Shown here in pieces: positions 56,274-64,000 of a DNA stretch of 64,000 bases (position 1 is its first letter; each line of letters begins with the position of its first letter). The stretch is taken from NCBI GenBank assembly GCA_020137815.1, contig CM035361.1:1116001-1180000 (forward strand), in the 5' to 3' direction. The notes beneath the pieces were generated by a model. That model had not been told where the DNA came from, searched no databases, and saw nothing but the letters and a program-made list of their open reading frames with translations. This DNA comes from Hormiphora californensis (lineage: Eukaryota > Animalia > Ctenophora). The translations under genes and the position numbers were made by a program.

Positions 56274-59200
56274 CTACTAAAATATAGTTCGACGCGTCGC
56301 GACGCGCGATCGATGAACGATCGATAAACGATCGATATCGATCGTTTATCGATCGTTTATCGATCGTTCATCGATCGCGCGTCGCGTCGCGTCGAACTAT
56401 ATTTTAGTAGGGTCTCTCTCTCTCTCCATCTCTCTCTTTCTCTCTCTCTCTCTCCCCTTTCTCTCTTTCACCCACTGCCTCCACTCTCTCGCTCCCTCTA
56501 TTTCTTTTGTGAGGCACTTCTTGACAAGTAGGGGGTGCTGCTTGGGTGGCCTAATATCACTCTCTAGGCAGCGTGTAAAATCATATTCTCCAATTCTGAT
56601 CACCGTAAATTCTGATTGCGGTGATCGTTTGTAAATTGCTTACGTTTCAATAATTTGACTGATGAGCCTGACTTGCAGCATGTTTCGGCTATCTCATAAC
56701 TGCAATACACTTGACTCGTAGTGTTCAAGCAGGTTTTATGCCACATATCACACTGCATGTCTGACTGGGGTCTGGCTTAGAGTCAAAGAACTCCAGGGAG
56801 CTTGTGTAAATGTTGAAGTGTGTCCCCTCTTCACCTCCTCTCTCCCTCGTCCCCTCTCTCCCTCACAAAGTTAGTATATCTCCCTCCTTCTCTCTCCTTC
56901 TCCCTCTCACTTATTGAATTGGTACACCCTTCCGGGATAACACCAAGGACATTTAAGTCAAGTCCCTGGTTGTTACGTGTAGTAATAATTGCATATATTA
57001 TACCCATGGTGGTTGGGATAGTGTCAGGCATTTGACAAAATATTGTCTGCCTGAGAACACGTTTTAGAGAATAAACCTAATTGAGTCATGATCTGCAGCG
57101 GTGTAGATACCTTTCTAGATATCTGACTGTTTACAGATCTTTGTGCGTGTTCTGAGTCTGCTTGAGACAATAATATATTGGTGCTGCAAAGATTGAACTT
57201 CAGCGTGTCTTCCGACGAAGCTCTTGGATCAATCTCATCTAAAGAATGGAGCGAGAGATAGAAAGATAGAGAGAGACCCGTGTGTAGGGACACTGCAAGG
57301 AGAGAGAGAGAGAGGGAACTAATTCATAGCTTCTTTCTGAGCTATCAAGCAAACACTGGGGGCTTCATAACTCCACCTTCTTTTGTTGTAACTTTCTACT
57401 ACTGATATCTGTTATAACATGCCGTACATGATATATATATTAGGCCCTAGTAGATCTGATAAACGTGGTGATCTAATCAAGGATAATTAGGGGTTGTCGA
57501 CTATTCTAAATTTTGCTGTCCCCGTTATCAATATTATATTCTCCCTATTCCCTATATAATAACTATGTTGTTATTGACTTCCTACGCTACATATTTTGCC
57601 ACCCCCTCGTGGATATTTATTTGCGTTTCGTTCTCTTTACCAATTGGGAGAGGGTCATCAGATAACGAGTCAATCTTCACAGACTTTTCAATTAAGTATA
57701 AACCTTTTGATAAATCTGCATACACATTTAAAAAACTTCAATCATTCTGGACTCGATGTCGGGTACAAAATGATGGAAGGAGGGTAGGAAGGTATCTCAA
57801 TTCTCACGATCAGTATACCTTTGCAACGGTGTCGAACTTCATCCTTGTTGAGGGGTCCATGATGTAATCCACTAGGATCTCCATGGGGCAGTAGATTTTC
57901 GTTTGGGCTAGTAACACCCTCTGTTTTGAGTGCCTAGAAAGTAGAAGAGTTAAATTTTCGTGAACTTTACCAATATACAGGACTTCCAGCAGCTTGAACA
58001 TGCAAACATTATATTCGTACCTGTCGATTTTAAAGAATATATCAATGCCATCCCTGTTTACAAGTGATTTCCATGTTCCCACCGCTATTGATTTGTCAAC
58101 AATATCTGCATCAAACTCTGCTACCTAGATGGGGGTGTCAAGTGTTGCTGTTTGGTGGTCGAACTCTGCTACCTAGATGGGAGGGGGTATCAATGGTGCT
58201 GTTTGGTGGTCGAACTCTGCTACCTAGATGGGAGGGGGTATCAATGGTGCTGTTTAGTGGTTGAACTCATGTAGGACATTGGTAAGGTGGAGGTATTCTG
58301 AATCATACGAAAAGTATCCTCGAACCCAAAATAAGATATTTAGCACTGCACATGTGTTATACCTCTGACATGATAGTCCCAAGAGCTTGGTTGGCCAGTG
58401 TTTTATAGTCCGTTCCCTTTTCATTGCACGGAATATTAGCAGCTAACGGCGAGACTGGATTACTCTGAAACATTGTAGTGGTAGATTCACTTAGAAATAA
58501 TGTCTTGTGTTCTGTGATGTCTGAAATGAAACGTGAAGAGGTGGATTTACATTTCAAACTATTTAACTGAAATGTAAGACGGTGTAGGATTGAATAAATA
58601 TTCTCCCACCGAAATTAGTTTGCTGATTGACTCGGTGTGAACACGATTACGGTGGCAGATTCCGGCCAAGAGTTTTTTCAATCAAGTGAAATATTTTTGT
58701 TTGAAGTTTTATAAAAATTTTATTTCAAAATAAAAATAAACATGTCGTTAAAATTATTGGCCGGAATCTGCCACGCGAGTGGCAGATCTCGGCCAAAATT
58801 CTAAAAAAACCTTGGCCAGAATCTGCCAACCACGTGGCAGATTCCGGCCAACAAACTAAAACTTACTTATATCAAAGCGAAAACCGCTGTAACCGACTAA
58901 TTTTGATACGCTGAATCACGTAAGCAACTTTTCCAATCCCTCAGAGGTCGGGAAAGTGTCCTAATTGAGCATAATAGGGTCTAATTGACCCCACTTACAA
59001 CTTTTCACCTGGAAACGATAGACGCTTATGTGAAGGCACTTTTCCGACTAATTTTGATAAGCTGAATCACGTAAGCTATTTTTCAAAGCCCCCCGAGGTC
59101 GGAAAAGTGCCCTAATTGAGCAATTAAGGCCAATTAGACCTAATTATACTTAATTAAGCCAAATTCCCGACCTCGGAGGGCTTGGAAAAGTTGCTTACGT

Positions 59201-61026
59201 GATTCAGCGTATCAAAATTAGTCGGAAAAGTGCCTTCACATAAGCGTCTATCGTTTCCAGGTGAAAAGTTGTAAGTGGGGTCAATTAGACCCTATTATGC
59301 TCAATTAGGACACTTTCCCGACCTCTGAGGGATTGGAAAAGTTGCTTACGTGATTCAGCGTATCAAAATTAGTCGGGTACAGCGGTTTTCGCTTTGATAT
59401 AAGTAAGTTTCAGTTTGTTGGCCGGAATCTGCCACGTGGTTGGCAGATTCTGGCCAAGGTTTTTTTAGAATTTTGGCCGAGATCTGCCACTCGCGTGGCA
59501 GATTCCGGCCAATAATTTTAACGACATGTTTATTTTTATTTTGAAATAAAATTTTTATAAAACTTCAAACAAAAATATTTCACTTGATTGAAAAAACTCT
59601 TGGCCGGAATCTGCCACCGTACACGATTAGTAATCAGCATGATGAGTTCAATATACATTTCCACGCCCCCTCATCTCATCTTGAACTACCAACACCAAAC
59701 CATGGCCATCTATTGAGTTGCAGAGCCCTTTGTGTGTGTGTGTGTGTGTGTAACCCAAATATAAACCCAACTATAAAACTACTACACAATTATTACATAT
59801 CAGGGCGGCGGTTTCACAAGCACGAAGCTAATGGGATTGAGTGTGACATAAAGAGGGGGGGGGGGCTCTCTCAATTAGTAAAGTAAACACTAATTAGATT
59901 TAGGTTTACGTTAGTTTTTATCTGAGAATTGTGTTGTTAGTCTCCTCTTCTTGTTTACTCATTGATAGTGTTGGTGCAGGATATACACTGCTGAATTCGT
60001 AGCAAATATGGGATGTGACGGAATTGGAGCAAGGATAAAGTAGAATTGAGGAGATAGACAGAGCAAGGATATAGTTTAATCGAGAGAGATAGACAGAGCA
60101 AGATAAAGTTTAATCGAGAGAGATAGAGGAGCAAGAGAATGAGTTGAATTTATAGATTTCTTTGCAAACATACCTCATTAATTGAGTCGATGGATTGTCG
60201 TGACCACCTATCGCTCAACCGTGGAGAGGTTATTGAGGTGGAAGAACCCCCATGAAACAACCGACTTCTCAGCGATGGGTTGCTTCTGTTCCGAGGAAAT
60301 ACACCAGGAGAGTTGGTTGATCCGGGGGTGTTGCTGAAACTGTGAGCGCTGCTACTTCGCCGATATGTGAAGTTGCTCCTGCTGCTTCTTCTGCAAGAGG
60401 GTGTTGAAGAAGACCTTTTAGTAGGAAAACTAATGAAATCAGCTCAAGCAGCATATAGGAGAAGGTCGGTAGGGGCTGGTATCGACTAACTTGAAATAGA
60501 TGGGACTTCAGCGTATTACGTATACAGTTAAACCTACCGTGACCCTGAATACTGGGAAGAACCAGAGTCCATGACAATGCCCCACATCTCCTCTGTCATG
60601 GGCTGGATATGCTCCTTGATTTCTGCCTCCAGGGATTCTGTCTGGGTATGGCGGTTGTTTGTTTGCTTGTTTTTTGTTTGTTTGTTTATTATTGGTTTGA
60701 TTGTTTATTTGTGTGTTTGTTATTGGTTTGATTTGGTCTATACGTGGTGTCATGTACCGTGCCATTTGTCATCGATTTGGTAATTTAATCTGTTATGTTT
60801 TGTAAAACATCCTATGAGTCATGGACAGAAGGATGTATGACATACATTGTGTTTCAAATTGTAATACACCATTTATCCTCAGAGTGAGAGGGTATTGAAG
60901 GTAGTATTAGAGATAGTATTAATGTTTTGTATTATTCATTTAAAGTTGTCAGCAAATAAAGGGGCTTTATATGGCAGTAGCCGTCCTTTTGATAAAGCAA
61001 TAAAGTTGTTGATAATGAGTTAGTGC

Positions 61027-61117
<91 letters not shown>

Positions 61118-61234
61118 AAAAAAAAAAAAAAAAAAAAGGGGGGGGGGGGGGGGGGGGGGGGAAAAAAAAAAAAAAAGGGGGGGGGGGGGGGGGGGGGGGG
61201 AAAAAAAAAAAAAAAAAAAAAAAAAGGGGAAAAA

Positions 61235-61286
<52 letters not shown>

Positions 61287-62064
61287 AGGGGAGTTAAAGG
61301 GATTGGCCCCTTTTATTCTCTTGATTGGGGGGGGGTATTAGGGATTTCTGAAGAGATAGAGAGAGATAAAGATAGAAGAGATAGAGAGAGATAAAGATAG
61401 AAGAGATAGAGAGATAAAGATAGAGATAGAGAGAGAGATAGACATTAGATACATCACTGCTTGAGATATTGCCTTTTATACACGCTGCATCGTGTGAGTG
61501 CTTGTCACTTCATCAATACTTCACACGTGTCGACACATATTGTGGCACGCATTGGAACAGAACCAATTGTACTTACAATGTTTCAATTTTAGGAACAAAA
61601 TCTAGATTTCAAGGTCAAGTAACTGTCTGTCATATATCTTTGTTATATCTTTGTCATATCTTTGTCATATCTTTGTCATAGCTTTGTCAGTTTACCCGTG
61701 TAATAAGTGTAGTCACATCCTTGTGAAGATAGGACAACAACGTAGTCAGTTCTCTTATCTCTGTCTCGCTAATCCGGTGCTCACGATCATCTGTTGATCC
61801 TTTCCTATCATCTCTAGAACTTCTCCTATCCATACGATCGTCATCCACTCTCCGCCGTGAAGATGAGCTCCTTCGCGAGGAGGAGGCGCTGTTTGATCTA
61901 CTAAAGGTACGAGGAAGGGGATGACCGTTGCTAGGTGACGGAGTCTCTGCGTTGCTAGGTGATGTAGTGTTGCTGATAGGGGGTGTGGGTGGTCCGATAT
62001 TCAGGACAGCCTCTAGGGATGTGTGTCGATCACTACCCATCCGACCATCATCATCATCACTCAT
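54220..62064 (-). CDS. Multi-exon gene with a Ser/Arg-rich N-terminal region and two START lipid-transfer domains (STARD9-tail-like); probably extends further 5'
   Basis: Exons ~61696-62064, ~60538-60641, 60174-60413, 58363-58567, 58021-58124, ~57819-57933 (WKSL..RDGIDIFFK; YIMDPSTRMKFD), ~55782-55903, ~55479-55636 and ~54220-55137 (GWKVLE; FLRDPRTRFTYD; RDMLY; SCEHPRCP; GFIIEP; VVYVVKVDL). One apparent 1-nt deletion at ~54710. Confidence 0.8.
56272..56412. mobile_element. 141-bp CpG-rich palindromic MITE inserted in a (TC)n tract; 2-bp TSD, CCC ends
   Basis: tc|ccctactaaaatatagttcgacgcg...cgcgtcgaactatattttagtaggg|tc. Confidence 0.75.
58114..58268. repeat. 48-51-bp tandem repeat, three copies, spanning a splice acceptor of the START gene
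   Basis: Unit aactctgctacctagatgggagggggtatcaatggtgctgtttggtggtcg. Confidence 0.9.
58648..59621. mobile_element. 974-bp almost fully palindromic element with TACGG..CCGTA ends and a 6-bp TSD (IS3EU-like)
   Basis: cacgat|tacggtggcagattccggcc...ggccggaatctgccaccgta|cacgat. An alternative parse gives ACGG ends with the 8-bp TSD acacgatt. Confidence 0.85.
61029..61440. repeat. (GA)n microsatellite followed by A/G homopolymer runs (likely base-calling artefact) and GATA/GA repeats
   Basis: Direct reading of the sequence. Confidence 0.85.
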
Positions 62065-62680
62065 TCTATAGATCGAGTTGGGTTAATTATTTAGATACCT
62101 AGATAACTGGGTACCGTCCAGCGTCCTTACGAAAGTTATGAGGGCTCTGCAGTACGTTTGATTAAGTATCATCGCTTGGATTCTTTTTCATCTGGATTAT
62201 TATATTGTACTTGTGAATTCACAACTTGGAATGATTCACACTATCTCAGAATATCGTATTATATCTGGGGAAGTTTAAAACATTGTCATGCACATTCCTG
62301 GATTGAAGAGACATGTTGTTCGACATGCATCAGATATATGGGGCCTTAGAAATCTCGATATTATATCTTGATAGTTGATTGTCCTTTATTCTTGTCTTGT
62401 ATTTTGGCCCAATACAAGTTTGGCCCGATATATGAAGCTACTTTCATAAACCCTTATTAAGAATCAGAGCTAACAGCCTTCTCACCAGTGAGTCCCTTTT
62501 AGTGTTTTACGAGGCAGTGATTATGCCGTATTTAGAAATCAACCCACCTTCTCTCTGATATTTCTTTTCCTTACTTTACATACTTGCTTGAATTGTGTTC
62601 ATACTATTTTATATGCAACTCAAATACCTGCCTAACTATATGGGCCCTACTCTTCTACATACGAACTGAAAAGAAGCAAG

Positions 62681-63105
62681 CAGGGCTGGCTCCAGGGGGG
62701 TGATGCGGGGGGTGCACACCCCCCCAAAAATTCTTGGCAGCGAGGCTGCCAAGACTGTCTGAGACCATTTGGATTGGGAAACCACCCCAAAAATACATAA
62801 TTTTCAGTAAAATGTTTGACTGATCACAACCGAACTTTAATCACCTAGTGAACATCACTGAGTGATAGAGAGAGAGAGAGCATTGTAGCATTCATAAATC
62901 TAGAAAGTAGACGTCACAAATGATTAAAAACCCTAAAATTTGATTGATTTAGTTAAAAAATTTCCGGGGGCTTCGCCCCCCCCCCCCCCCTGGGCGGAGC
63001 TCCCTACGCGCCCTTCGGGCGCTCTGGTCGCAAATGCTACTATTAGGGAACAGTGGCCTCGGGCCACTGCACCCCCCCAGAAATATCGGGCTGGAGCCAG
63101 CCCTG
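62681..63105. mobile_element. 425-bp hAT-type MITE
   Basis: TIR cagggctggctccag/ctggagccagccctg and a perfect 8-bp TSD gaagcaag. Confidence 0.92.
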
Positions 63106-64000
63106 GAAGCAAGGCAGGAATAGTTCTGAAGCGATTGCAATTGTTAGGCAAGGCAACAAATAATACGACCTTCCTTTAGAGTGGTTTACACTACTAACTA
63201 AAACAGTAAAAACGGGGTACTACACAAACTATCACGAATGTTTACAAAAGCTAAGCAAAAAAACTGTATGAGCAGTCACTAATAGATAACTGTAAGAACT
63301 GGTTACTAAGGAATGGTTACTATGGAAACTAAAAAGGCAACAACTCATACCGTTTGACGAATGGATGTGACAGATTGTAAACTAGCGGCTCCACTCTCCA
63401 TTCTCTAATCACACCACCACCTCAGCTCTGCTGCACAGCGCCTCTAATTCAATTGGATGTCTTGTGACGAAGGAGGTTCCTGCTCTTCTGACGTAGTTTT
63501 CGGTGTTTTATTGACCTTGCTATGGCTATAAAAGGTGTGGGGAGTGTCACGGATTATATTCTAGCTGTGAATTTCCAGTGAAAACAAATCAAAAACACAA
63601 GAGTCACGTAAATGATTGTCAGAGAGAGAGAGATGGGGACAAGAGGGAAGTGCAGTTTTCGTTGTATGATAACACGGTGTATAGTTACTCTTGGTAAAGT
63701 CAGGTGATGGGCTGGAATTTGGAAGGGAAGCAAGATTTTGGGAGGGGGGTCTCGGATTACAACAAGTTTATCATCGTGACTTTAAAATGTATCATAATAT
63801 ATTCGGGCAATATTTCGTTCTAGAAACAATATATAAGAAAATTTTGCTTTTTCGTCACCACATTCCTCAACAAAACGTCGATGAAACAGCCTAGCCTGGT
63901 ATTATATTGTCCGCCATGGCTTGAAGAATCAACTGATGAACAGTTTTAAAATTGCCCCAGTTTCCTAAAATTAGAGAATATATACTTCAGCTAATGTTAC

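Noticed and set aside
61110-61290. Poly-Gly/Lys ORF or G-quadruplex locus
   Set aside because: Alternating pure A and G runs right after a long (GA)n are typical of base-calling failure.

Overview
Eukaryotic, intron-rich animal DNA. It is probably a pleurobrachiid ctenophore; this is inferred only from a 109-bp MITE (caggaaccgaccg...cggtcggttcctg) that I recognise as abundant in Pleurobrachia-type sequence. From left to right: (1) a 6.5-kb 38-bp satellite holding two copies of an exon-like island; (2) an intact non-LTR retrotransposon ORF (APE-RT-RNase H-CCHC); (3) a ~38-kb minus-strand multi-exon gene for a giant coiled-coil protein, including one ~7.6-kb exon; (4) a minus-strand gene with two START domains. 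The introns of the giant gene hold the most interesting material. One intron contains an antisense tandem cluster of eight intronless genes or gene relics for small, Glu-rich proteins with an N-terminal anchor; they share a conserved TATA/E-box cassette, a C-terminal TFSPR..RKDD.(F/Y)YLSL motif and a 3' block. This is the best candidate for an undescribed system. Other introns hold an antisense intronless divergent GPCR and a nest of 4-5 non-autonomous DNA transposons. Long near-perfect palindromic (foldback) elements with end signatures of several superfamilies occur throughout. Several stretches (1-3130, 15130-16600, 42600-43100, 47500-50500, 56560-57800, 61030-61290) look poorly polished, so frameshifts and duplications there may be assembly errors.
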